A stretch of 64,000 nt of DNA from Thalia democratica. Taxonomy: Eukaryota. A model generated the notes under the pieces. That model ran no database searches, was not told the DNA's origin, and was given only the letters and a program-made list of their open reading frames with translations. The number at the start of each line of letters is the position of its first letter. The first letter of the stretch is position 1. The translations under genes and the position numbers were made by a program. The stretch lies in contig OZ241830.1 of NCBI GenBank assembly GCA_965202585.1, forward strand, positions 71,982,001-72,046,000, read 5' to 3'. Below, piece after piece: positions 1 through 12,400 of this stretch.

Positions 1-517
1 AAGACTGTATATAGCAAACGCTAACCAGAGAAAAATCCTTAATAAGAGAAAAAGAACTGGTCACGCAATGCCCTCATTACCCCAGGAAATATTCTTAGTT
101 TATTTTTGATCTCATTAACTTAGTTTATTTTATTCTATTCAATTTAGTTTAATTGTTCCATTATATTTATGTTTGTATTGTGTATACATTTTTGTTTTTG
201 AGTGACAACCTTTTCGTTAAAAGACTATTTCTGTTTTCATGAAACCCCCATAAATCTTAATATTTACATTTTTATAAAGCTTAATATATAAATGTATAGT
301 TAATAGATTATTAAAATTAAACTTATCGGTATTTAATTTTCAATTAATTTACTTTTGTAAACAAAGTCTTAATGATAACTCATATTTTTAATTTAATTTT
401 AATTTTACTTTTATGTTTACTTTTATTTTCCTATTCATCGCTCTGTATACTTTTGTTTTTCAGCTTCATTTAGCGTCTGATGAACTTCTCTGCAGGGAAA
501 CGGCGTAACACAATAAA
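1..517 (+). mobile_element. 3' remnant of a Penelope-like retroelement (GIY-YIG endonuclease C-terminus plus 3' region), truncated by the window edge
   Basis: Bases 2-100 translate, with one frameshift in the A-run near 49-53, as RLYIANANQRKILNKRK/ELVTQCPHYPRKYS. This matches the LNKRxELxxxCxHxxK C-terminal motif I recall for PLE GIY-YIG domains. A hammerhead-like core follows at 477-507 and AATAAA at 512-517. Confidence 0.6.
472..511 (+). ncRNA. Degenerate minimal type-I hammerhead ribozyme-like motif
   Basis: CTGATGA (477-483), 13-nt stem II region, GAAAC (497-501), GGC, GTA cleavage triplet (505-507). Stem I AGCGT/ACAC has a mismatch and stem II is weak. Confidence 0.4.
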
Positions 518-920
518 TTAATATAACCCTAAGTTTATTAAAATACGTAATAAGCTAACCCTGAATATTTTAATTATGAGAATAATTTTTACTAACTAAT
601 ACTAAATTTTAAAACCTAATGCAAAATTTTTCTGATAAAACTCTGACTATATATATTTTTTTAAACTGTACAAGATTTCTTTAAAAACAAAATCTAGTGC
701 AAAAATTTTTGATGAAAATGTTTTGTGCAAAGTTTTAAACTTTTTACAAAATATTTTTAGTAAACCATTATTTGAAAAGTGTAATGCTTTAATAACACCA
801 TATCTTCTATTTTCTAAGCAAATTAAAAATATTAGCTCTTAATTTAAACGTAAAACTTGCTATTCGTAAAAAATAGGTAATGCATAAAACTTAGAACTTA
901 AGTTTTTGAAAGTTTAGTAC

Positions 921-1369
921 AACTATTGCATACCATATTTATTTATATGTAATTAAAACTTGTATAATTCTATCTCTATCTTTAACCGGTATAAATAGGT
1001 ATAGCAACTTAATTTAGTTATAAAATAAACAACAAAAACTATGAACAATTTATTGCCTTCACAAACAAACAATACAAATGGTTGCGCGACGCTTAAGTTT
1101 TCTACACAATAATCTTATACGAACTTCAATGTCGATAAAGGTGGAAAATACAATATTTATGAACGTAGAAATCCTATCAAAATTGTTTCATATCGTACCA
1201 CAGCTTACGTCTTCGGCCTCGAAGTCTCACGTAAGCTGTTTTATATCGTTCTATAGTTAACCTCTGCGGTCTTGCAATCCCAAGCCAACTATTTTGTATT
1301 GTACTGCCATTCTCGTCTCCGGCCTCGAAGTCTCACGTGAAAAGCTGCAACTACTTCCACGAAGGAAGA
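921..1369. repeat. 449-bp direct repeat, copy A
   Basis: Near-identical to 3442-3890 with only scattered substitutions. Both copies end at CGAAGGAAGA. Confidence 0.9.
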
Positions 1370-1487
1370 GTCGCCCCGTTGAAGCGGCCTAGGTCCGCTC
1401 CGTAGGTTAGCTGAGGTATTATAACCTGTTTGTCGATGTGCTTCATCGTTTATATATATTTTTACTCTCTCTTTTGCAGGTGGCTTT

Positions 1488-1605
1488 ACATGTTGACAGT
1501 TGCAGATGGCTTGACATGTTGAAAATTGCAAGTGTCTCAGCATGTTGAAAGCTGCAAGTGTTTCGGCATGATTGAATATGCATGTTGGAATCTGCAGGTG
1601 TCTCG
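1488..1605. repeat. 26-bp degenerate tandem repeat (4 full units plus a partial unit)
   Basis: Units ACATGTTGACAGTTGCAGATGGCTTG, ACATGTTGAAAATTGCAAGTGTCTCA, GCATGTTGAAAGCTGCAAGTGTTTCG, partial GCATGATTGAATAT, GCATGTTGGAATCTGCAGGTGTCTCG. Confidence 0.8.
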
Positions 1606-3441
1606 ACACAGTTTTAATAGCCAGCTTACATACTCACCTGGCTTTGCACACGGCATTTAATGAATACAAAATTATATTCATTTTGCCTTTGTCAATCAAA
1701 AAATATCGAGTTGAATTTAAAATATAAATTGGAGAACTGTTGTTATTATTTATTTGAAACTTGTCTTTTAAAAATAATTTTAAATTAAAAAATTTTTAAA
1801 TTTATATTAATGCATGCATCGACACATGGACGATTGTGGTGAAAAAAGTATGATTTCACATAAATGTCCAACATCGACTCTTATTTAAAAAACTTTTTTT
1901 TTTTTAAGTTTGCAAAATAAAAAAGATATAAAAATTTACACGTTGTAATAGAGTTTTGTTGCCATTGACAATTAAATAATAAAAACACCAAAATAGTTTT
2001 AAACTTCAAAAACTTATTTTTGTCTGCAATATTTACAAGCAATCACTAAAGAAACCAAAAACGAGAATCATCGAAACAATTATCAAGGACTAAAAAACGC
2101 TAAGGCATTGACGCAAAAAATAACAGTTACTTTGTTTAAACAAACCACAACAATATTTTTTATCTTATTGTAAACAACTTGTTATTTAAGTGTTGATACA
2201 ATAGGCTTATGAACTTGATATTGTTAAATTAGTTTTTATTCTGAAATATTTACTCTTAAAATACTTAACTCATGCAGTAAAAATTAAAAACTAACAACTT
2301 AATTTGTAAATTCAATAAATATACTTAAGTCATATAAAATGTCTTAAGCAAATTGAAGAATAAATATTTTTACAAGGATATTTCTATAGTTGAGAGAACT
2401 TTGTATCATATGCAAATTTCAACTATATACAACAAACAGTTTTTTTTATAGTTTTTTATGTTTAAACAGTATTTATACAAATATACACATATAAAGATAT
2501 ACAGTTTTTAAAGTTATTTACAAAGTTTAGACTTCGTTTTGTCTTACTGTAGATGTTAATGTTTGATTTTGGTTGATTTGCAGATTATTAATAAATGACT
2601 TGGTCGACTTCATTTTATAAGTGCTTTTACTTCTGTTCAAGATATATAGAGCTGTCATAGATTATTTAATGAGGTGTTTTAACAACAATCGCTTTTCTTC
2701 AAATACATATATTGTTTTGTTGCTAAGTCGAGTTTTTACCTTCAGGGTGGAATAAGTACGCATACATAAGCACTTTTTTTAACTGTTTTATTTCTAGTAC
2801 TGGAGCATTTTAATCAAGAGTGATTTTCTTTGCTGCAAATTAAATGCCTTTATGTCTGTGCGGCTGATAAAAAGCGATTGTATTTTTTACGACAAAAACA
2901 AGTGCAGTGAGAGTTAAAAGTGCTTTCATTGCGGCTTACATGCGCTCGTTTGGCGACTTATATGCGATTAGCGACTTTTTAATAATAAAAGCTTTGTGTT
3001 AAAATTTTGTACACATTTAGCACAAATAAAAGTATAGATGACAATAAACTGTACATATATGAGAAAATTAAGCAATTCTCTATTTTTTTTGCTAGCAATT
3101 AAACCACTCAAAGAATAAACACTATCGTTTTAATAAAACTCAATAGACTTTTACCACACGCTTTTACCTTTAATTTTACACTCACTGTCACAAAAACCGG
3201 TGATTTACACTACCATCCTTACTAAAATCAAATAAGCGATGATTGCAAACTATAATTAAGTTCAGTTTTACACGTAGAAAAGCATTGAAGAAATTTTTCC
3301 GAGTCGTAAGTCTAAAAAATAAATGTACTCTTAAAAAGTAACTTAGTAAAGTAAGTTAATTTCTGATCGGTTTTAATTAAACCGTTACTTATATTTGCCT
3401 TGTCTTTGAAAGTTTAGTTTTACGAGCTGTTAGAGGACGCC

Positions 3442-3890
3442 AATTATTGCATACCATATTTATTTATATGTAATTAAAATTTATATAATTCTATCTCTAT
3501 CTTCAACCGGTATAAATAGGTATAGCAACTTAATTTAGTTATAAAATAAACAACAAAAACTATGAACAATTTATTGCCGTCACAAACAAACAATACAAAT
3601 GGGTGCGCGACGCTTAAGTTTTCTACACAATAATCTTATACGAACTTCAATATCGATAAAGGTGGAAAATACAATATTTATGAACGTAGAAATCCTATCA
3701 AAATTGTTTCATATCGTACCACAGCTTACGTCTTCGGCCTCGAAGTCTCACGTAAGCTGTTTTATATCGTTCTAAAGTTAACCTCTGCGGTCTCGCAATC
3801 CCAAGCCAACTATTTTGTATTGTACTGCCATTCACGTCTCCGGCCTCGAAGTCTCACGTGAAAAGCTGCAACTACTTCCACGAAGGAAGA
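3442..3890. repeat. 449-bp direct repeat, copy B
   Basis: Near-identical to 921-1369. Confidence 0.9.
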
Positions 3891-6358
3891 TTTTCATAAA
3901 CCACATTTCATAAAGACTACTAAAAAGTTAATTTCAGCTTATAAATGTATTTGCTTCTGAACTATTGCGAAAACTTACTAAATTTGATTTAAAATTGTGA
4001 AACCTTTGGTTGATACTCTTGAATAAAATTTAAAGTATACAATGTTAGTTAATTGATTATTTTTTATTTCTTTGATTAACTTTCTGCTTTGAATGGCACA
4101 CTTATTTAACTAGTATACTAGCTTAAAAAGGCAATGAATTTACATTATCTTTTATAGTTAATATATTATAAAATAGGTAGGAAAAGTTCTAATATCTTAT
4201 CTAAATAAAATTTTTGGATTTCTTTATTTTAAATGTATTAAAATACAGCTTTAAATATACTAAAGAAAAAAATAACGATTCTATTTTGTTTGGATATATA
4301 GTTTTCTTATTACATAGTTTTGAAGTTGATGCTTAAAGCAATATAAATCTCTTTTGAGAAAATGTCTACCGTGTGCAAAAATATTTTATAATTGTCATTT
4401 ATTAGGATCTGCCATTTGCTAAACTATAGAAAATTAAACTTGAATCCTAATAGTTTTATGTTTGTAATATTCATAAAAATACTTTAAACTCTACTGAATT
4501 TAAGAACTACCTTCAAACTTAATATTTAAAGATCTTTGAACTTTTATTGCTAAAAATTTAAAAGAAACTACCATATTAATCAAGTTTTTAGATTTGCATC
4601 GACTATACTTTTTTTAAGAATTAAAAAGTTCTAAATCTGTAGATATAACCACTCTTAAAAATTTTAATTGTTAATTTAATGGTTAATTTTCGTTTAAACT
4701 AAAAAAACAAACAGGTTAATCTGGTCTGCATACATGAAAAAAAAATTAGCCATCTGGTGTTAATAAAACCAAACTCTTTTTACTGCTGCAATATTTCTTA
4801 TACGTTTTACCTTGATAGACTATAAAAAAAAAAAACTTAGTACTAGATCTTTAAAGTACAATAGACTTAAGCTTGAACTTATTACTTGTTTTTAACTAAT
4901 TAACGGTGAAACTATAACTAGTTTGTAAAACAATTTTATACTTGCTTAAAAAAGTTTTTATTGAGAAGTGAAAACAGAAAATTTGGATGCAGAACCATTT
5001 CAATAATAATGTTCATCATCATTTATTTTCAACTAACTTTTGGAATAAACTTCTAAATAAAACAGTTTCATGCAAAGAGTTTGCTCAAATTCGAATAAAG
5101 CTTAAAGATTTTTTTTTGTTAAAACACTTATTATTAAATTTCGTAAACACATTGTTTTGTTTTTCTATTTCAATTATTGATTTAATTTGTAATTAACACT
5201 TTTGCTCCTAAAATAAGATTGTTTTCTAGTGTTCTGAATATGCATACTTATTAATATTTTTTTTATGGTTAGTGTTTTTGGACTTTTGGTAATAAATATT
5301 TTAATTTTTGTTTAAAAATTAAAACTTTATTACCCTCTGGTACAAAGTATTTTGTTTATCGTTAATAGTTTATTTCATTCTGTTTTAATGTTTAAATATA
5401 AGTTTTAGATTTATTTGTATAATTTGTTTATAAAGTTATTTTTATTTTATTTTTATACTCTTTTATCTGTATTTTAGTTTATGGTTCAAGTTTTTATGTC
5501 TAGGGTTAGTTTTTTTTTGTCTAAGTTGCATTTAATTATCAGCAATTAATTTTTAATTACTTTTTGTATATAAAATTTTTACGTCGTTTATCAGTCCTTT
5601 TTTGTATAAAGCTTTATTTTTGCTTTACTAGATGTTCACTTGTATATACTCAATATATAAAGAAAAAAAAAATTAACAAAATATATTTTTTTTAAATTTA
5701 ATTAGTTACAGCAATATTTTAAAACTTATAATAGGTTTTCACGTTAAAATACAATTATTTTCGTGTTAGTTTATACTTTATTAGTAGCACAAAACAAAAG
5801 CTTTACAACGAAAAATATGTTCATCAGTTTGTTAAAAAGTGCTGTCCATCTGTAAAAATATTTAAGTATTTTAAAAAAATTTAATGATAGACTTACGAAA
5901 ATGATTTTAACCCTCATACAATTTATAAATAAAGTTTAACTCGAAATAATAAAGTTAACACAATTTTACAATTTAAAATTAATATGTAAATCAAAGTAAA
6001 TCAGTCCTCATAACAAATGCTGTACTTCTATATGGTAAAGATATTGACTTAAAAATATAGTTTTTTGTTTTAAATATACTAAAAAAAAAAACAAAAGCAT
6101 ACCCAAACAGTGTAGCTTTTTAGATAAATATTAGAAAGAACATTAGAACCAATAAATGGACATTAAATACACCTTTGGAGCTTAATATTATACAACTAAA
6201 TACACTGATAGGCAGTTTTTTTCATTAATTAAGATTTTTCACATGATTAACAATTGTAATAAATACTTTTCAGCGTCATACGAGGAACATTTAAGTAACT
6301 AAGTTTTGTGTTTAACTTAAAAATTAAACGCTATGTTTTTATTACAAACCTGTACAAC

Positions 6359-6906
6359 CTAGCAGTGGTAGATAACTGGGGTGTAACATCCCTTGTTGTA
6401 TCTTCTTCTGTAACAACAAGTTCTGCGACGGATGATTCTTCTTGGGTGGTAGGTTGGTCTGCAGTATGGAACGTATCCTCTGCTGTAACCTTTACCGTAG
6501 TATGATGGGCTGTATCCCTTGCTGTATCCTTTGTTGTAGTATGATGGGCTGTATCCCTTGCTGTATCCTTTACCGTAGTATTCGTCTGGGATAACCAAAC
6601 CTGTGATAATTATGTTTTTGGTAACATAAAACTATGTAAAATTTAAATTAATCCATAGTTATTTTTAGCATCGGTAAATTTCTTAAATTGCTTAAATTAA
6701 TTATACTTTAAATACTAGTAAGAAGTTGTTAATTTACTTAGAACAAAATATTTTCATTACTATTTACATCTTATTGTGAGATAAGACTTCTATTATTTAT
6801 AATAAAAAAAGTTAAACTTACCAGTTTCTTTTTCCATTGGTGGAGTGAATGGGTTTGGGATGGCAAGAGCTGCTCCAAGGAAGCACAAAACAACAAACAA
6901 TTTCAT
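6359..6906 (-). CDS. Small secreted Tyr/Gly/Lys-repeat, Arg/Cys-tailed protein, copy 1 (108 aa; exons 6906-6822, 6600-6359)
   Basis: Exon 1 is MKLFVVLCFLGAALAIPNPFTPPMEKET (signal peptide). A phase-1 GTAAGT..ACAG intron follows. Exon 2 is GLVIPDEYYGKGYSKGYSPSYYNKGYSKGYSPSYYGKGYSRGYVPYCRPTYHPRRIIRRRTCCYRRRYNKGCYTPVIYHC*. Two more copies lie in the window. Confidence 0.9.
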
Positions 6907-7042
6907 TTTGCTTATTTCTGTTTGAAATATGATAATTCTTCATCCAATAATCGAGCTTATATACATTTAGATGTAGCTTAAATAAACAAATCTTGTGGAT
7001 GTTTTCAAGTACCCTTAAGTTTATTTTTGACTTTGAAATTAA
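6907..7042 (-). promoter_or_regulatory. 5'UTR/core promoter of YG-protein copy 1
   Basis: TATATAAG on minus at 6956-6963. About 135 bp is highly similar to 57895-58031, and the GGGTACTTGAAAACA and ATTTGTTTA motifs are shared with copy 3. Confidence 0.7.
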
Positions 7043-9438
7043 TTACATGTAACTCACAAACTGCTCTTTGAAGCTTCAACTATACTGTTTGAAGCACTTT
7101 GTGTTGTTTTAATTAATTACTGTTATTTTAAAATTATTTGCAAACAAATATTAATGTTTTAAAATAAAGGTTTAACTGTTTTCAACCAATCAAGTTTCGA
7201 CATTTGGCAAATTTGTTGTCATCTATGAGATCATGCATGTTTTTCGTTTGTTTCATTGTAAAACGCAACTGTTGATTTTTCTCAACCACTATAATTAATC
7301 TTGTCATTAATATAATAACAGCAAGCCCACTTCTAAAACCTATAGTACTGCAAACATTTTATTTTGCATTGCTATGTGAGTTTTACATATTGTTAAATGA
7401 ATTTTTTATATATTATGTAAAAATAAAACTTTACAGTTTGTCAAATACATGGATGTGAATTTTATTATGCTTTTTATTAACCTATTAAGTAAATTTGATA
7501 AATAAACTCTTAAGTATGAAGTTAACCTTGAAAAAAAAAACAATAAAACTTGAATATATACTTCAAGTTTTATTTTCTTTATCAACTTTATCGAGTTTTT
7601 AACAAATTATCGCAAATCTCTTAAACTTTGTTAAATAATAAAATTAATTATCACCGTTAGAAGTTGTTACAGATCAAAGTAATAATTTACCACGGATATA
7701 GGTCTATAGATATTTAGAATTAAACCAATGTTTATAAAAATATAGTAAAGTAATTAAGCCGCTTCTATTTTATTAGGTGCAATTTTTTATCTATCAATAC
7801 GTATATTTTCAAAAATTTGATTAATCGGTGTATTTTTGTTGGTACTTCTAAATGCTTACAGCATAATCAAAAATACAATCGATTATATTTTTAATAATCA
7901 ATAATATGTTTTGATAACTTAGGTTTTATTATGAAACGAATCTATAAAATAATTTACCAAGTTTGAGTAAAAACTAAACACTTAATTTTACTTTATAAAT
8001 AACTGTTACGGTAAGTACAATAGAATACAAGTAAAGTAAAAAAGTACAAAAATACTAATCATTACAAAGTGCTATTGAAAAACATCGAATTAAATTTCTT
8101 CTGAGATTCACATTTACATACCTCATAAAAACATAATTATATATTTTATAATATCGTATTATTTTTTATAAACTAAAACAACGATGAGTGCAGCTCAAAA
8201 CAAACACTTTGAAATAAATACCCATAAAAAAATTGCTGTTGAAGTCGCTGGTTGTTGTTAATTTTTTTTCAAAATATCTAAAAAGCTATTAAAAGAGATT
8301 TTAAGCTTTTCTTATTTTACATACTTGCTGAAGATAGATTTACTACTAGAACTACAAATAAATCTAAATGTTGCGTAAGTTATAAACTAGAGTAAATTTA
8401 GACAATACACAGTAGACTACATAGTTAAACAATTGAAATATAAATAAACATTTGTATTGTTTTACAACAAAAATCTTTAGGATGGATGAAAAATTTATAG
8501 AGAAATTATTTATCATTTGTAGACAACAACGGTTACAGACATTTTTAGATTAGGTTTTATGTGTGAGATTGTTGACGATATTTTACTACGCTTTTTCGGA
8601 CTTTAGAGAGGAAAATATCTGAAACTGTTTTTTAAAGTAGAAAGTTCATGTCTCGCTAGACATTTTTTAAGAAAATAACTTTTCTAAGTAAAATTATCAG
8701 ATACATTTTTTTCACATCACAAGTCGATTAAGTTTTATATGTTGTTTAAAAACAGTCTGTTGTACAATATAAAATATTCAAAAACAGTTGTTTATAATAG
8801 GAAAAAAGTCTATAACGCAATAAAGCATGCTTTGATTAATATTTGCATAATCAGGGTTAGGTTACACAAACCCTTTGTTACTTGTTTACATAATTATACA
8901 TAGTAAGTTTGAAGGTCCCAACACAAAACATTTAAGCTATTTATTATTTTTCTAACTCGACTAAACACGTATGTATAAAATATATTGAGACTTTTAAAGA
9001 AAGTAAACAGCGTTTAAAACTTCAACAGCATTATTTTAAAAAAGCTATTTTTGTTAATTTAAAAATTGATCATAGCTTTTAAGAATTTAAATTGTGATTT
9101 TTATCACAAATTACTTGTTTAACATTTAATTGTATAAATCTAAACGAAAATGTTTAGAAAAACATAGTCAAATAAACTGCTTAAATATTTTTTTACAGTA
9201 GAATCTCTTTGACCTTAGTTGCATGCAGTTTAAACAAAGAAGATATATAAATTTTTCATTACTTCTTAAATTTAATACTTTTGTTGTGTAGAACTGTAGA
9301 CTCAGATAAATACTATTATAAAAAGTTACAATGCTTTTAAGTTTTAAATTTTAACTCAACACATGTTAGCTTTACTTTTATTTATCTATTTTAAAATCGT
9401 TCTTTTCTTTATTTTTTATAGATTTGAAGTAAACTATA

Positions 9439-12400
9439 ATGAAACATAATTATCCTACATTAACATTCTTTCTTCTGTCAATTTTGATTGAATCTGAAGC
9501 TTATGTACTCAAAGAAAATTCAGGTTTGTTTATATTAAAGTTTTAAATTTTCTTGTAAGATAATGTGAACTGTGAGATTTTTTATGAATTAAACTTTCAA
9601 ACAAAATTGTTACTATTTAAAATAATCGATGACTTATAAAGGTAGGTTTTGTCTTATGCTTTATTCTGTATGTAAAAGCTTAGAAAGTATAAATAACAGT
9701 AAATATAAAATTGGAACTTGGATTTTTTAATTTAACTGGTAACTTTTGTTTGTAATCCTTATTATACACATTAGACTAAAAGTTTTTAATATTCAGTTTG
9801 AATTCCAATTATAAAAAAATGCTCAAACATACGTAAGTTTAGCTAAATACAGTTGAATAAATATATATACATACGAACCAGAACAACCTTCTATAGTACT
9901 TAATTTTTTAGAAATTTTATTTCGAAAATAATCTTCTTTTAAAATTAACATTTTAAACATGAAAAGCAAAAAAAAAACGTTGCGTACTTTTTTAAACTAT
10001 TAATGTATAGATATAATCAGCAAGTAAACAAACTTCTATATACAAAAAACATTAACTTTGAACCCAAAAATGAAAATCACAGAACTTCAGACCAAAATAT
10101 TCGGAGGTAATCTTGCTCGAGATGGGGAATTTCCCTACAGTTGCTGGCTTTTCGCTTTCGGGGGTTCCCTGAACAGCTGCGGATGTTCGATAGTGACGTC
10201 AGAATGGGTAGTCACTGCGGCACACTGCGTACAGGGGTAAATGACTAAAAATAAATACAAATTGATGATCAAAACTTTAAACGTGCGAGTTCTTCGGTAA
10301 AAGTTTGTTTTAGACAACTGGATAAACACACAAGTATTATATCTGGTGACTTTAAAGTTAGCTTGAGAATTGTTCGAAACTTTATATGATTAGAGTTTTT
10401 GTATAGAAGCTGAATACTAAGTCTTTATAACAGTAGTGGTAGAGAAAATTTTCAAACGTAGATTTTCCATTAAGTTGTGGAACCTGTGAAAATATTACCA
10501 AAATTAGTAAAAAAAGTTTTTAAAAAGTGTTATATGCCGATGTACACAGTTTATTGTTAACTAATAAAAAACTGGAAATACACTGTAAAAAAGATATGAA
10601 ATTTTATTTTTGATAAGCTTTTCAATTTAAAAATTGTTTATATATAAGGTTCATTAAAGTTCTAATAAAATATTTACTAGAAAGATTGTTTTTAGTTATA
10701 TAATTTTTGATTTTTTTAATCACTTTGGTGCTGATTATAACCTTGATATTAATAGATATTTTTTAGTTAGTTTGATAATTGTAGGGTTTTGTACTGCAAT
10801 CTTATATACAAGCAATCTTTTGAACAAGTACTTTTTGACTAAAACTATATAGTTTCATTTTATATAATGTCTTTTTTATGTGTTAATACATGTTTTTTGC
10901 TGAATAGTAAATACAAAGCATGTCTTAAAATTTTTAATATCAAATATTATTTTAGAAAACAAATGAGCGTTATGACTATTTATGCCGGTAGCACTGATAG
11001 AACCTCTTCACTTAATCAGCAGCAACGTAAAATTTTACAAATTGTCTACAATGGTAGTTATTGTTTTTAATGATCATTATCTTTAATATGGTAAACTTAA
11101 ATAACATAAGTTATTTTTTTTATGTTTACAAAAATATAGTTCCATAACTGCTGTATCGTTAACTACTATAAATATTTTAATTGAATAAAGTTATTTAGTT
11201 CAAGTTAAAAAAAAAATAAACATCAAAATTAATCATTTAGTATTAGAATGATTTAATTTATAATGGCTTTAGATTAAAATCGATTTTTGATTTGCCTATT
11301 ACTTACTTCCTTAAAGCATTTTGTTAAGATAAAACTTCGAAAGCCACTTTACTAGAAGAAATATAATTTCGTATGATTGCTAATTTAACCAAGTTTTTAA
11401 AGTTTTGCTTTTTTAAAATACTTAACTAAGTTTAAAGAATAATTTTTAAACTTAAAAACTATTTTCATGTGTATGTTCACTAAAAGTACATTATTCAATT
11501 TAAAAGTTTCAAGCTAAAACAAAACTGTAATAAAGTTTTAAGTGTAATAGTTGAAAGGCTTCTAAAACAAACAAAATACACAAGTAATTTTTAAATATTT
11601 TCAAAGGAGAATAGCTTAAATGCGAGAAGTATTTATAGAATGTGTTAAGTTTATATGCTCAAACATATTTCGAACTAAACACACCTTGGTATACAAATAT
11701 ATCAAAGATTAAGCTTTTTTTTTGTGTTTTATTTAAGTTTAAAGTTAAAAAAAAAGTTATGAGAAAACTAAAATTATGAACAAGTATTTTTAGTAAATCA
11801 AGTTTTGTAGTTTTAATTAACTTTTACAATTAACAAAAAAATTTATTGGAAAATATACAAAGAGAAAAAATAAGTATTAAAAAAACTTTTTAAAATGTTT
11901 TTTAAATCTTCTTTGTATAAATAAAAGTTTTAAAAACCATAAAATTATTTACTCATAGGTTATGACTCATTGACAAGAAACAATGACATTGCTTTACTAC
12001 AACTTGAAACACAATTAACATTCGATGATTATGTAAAAAAAATTAGAATTCCAAAGAATGTAGAAGACATTCCTGAAAACTTTAATTGTTACGTCACGGG
12101 CTGGGGTGAAACTGGAGGTAAAACTTTAATTATATATTTTTTTGTTTTAAGATGTTTTCAAGAGTTGTTTTACAGTTTTAACTTGTAGATAAAAAAACTA
12201 TATAGTTTTAAACTGTAGTAATTATAGTTGATTTTATATAATTTTGAAACTAGTTGTTAAATAAAACAAAACAATAGCCTTAAAATTCAAAATTTGAAGT
12301 ACTCAAAAATAACCTTTGTTTGTACAATATATTATTCTTTTAGTTATGTAATAAACAAATTGGCCATACACTGTTGTTATGTACAAATACAGTAGAAGAA

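Noticed and set aside
2550-2620. Possible minus-strand first exon MKSTKSFINNLQINQNQTLTST|GTAAG
   Set aside because: No compatible downstream exon could be assembled.
6308-6505. Antisense ORFs over the YG genes (also 56995-57306 and the same-strand off-frame 61903-62181)
   Set aside because: Shadow frames of the repeat-rich exon 2. The spliced signal-peptide frame explains the sequence.
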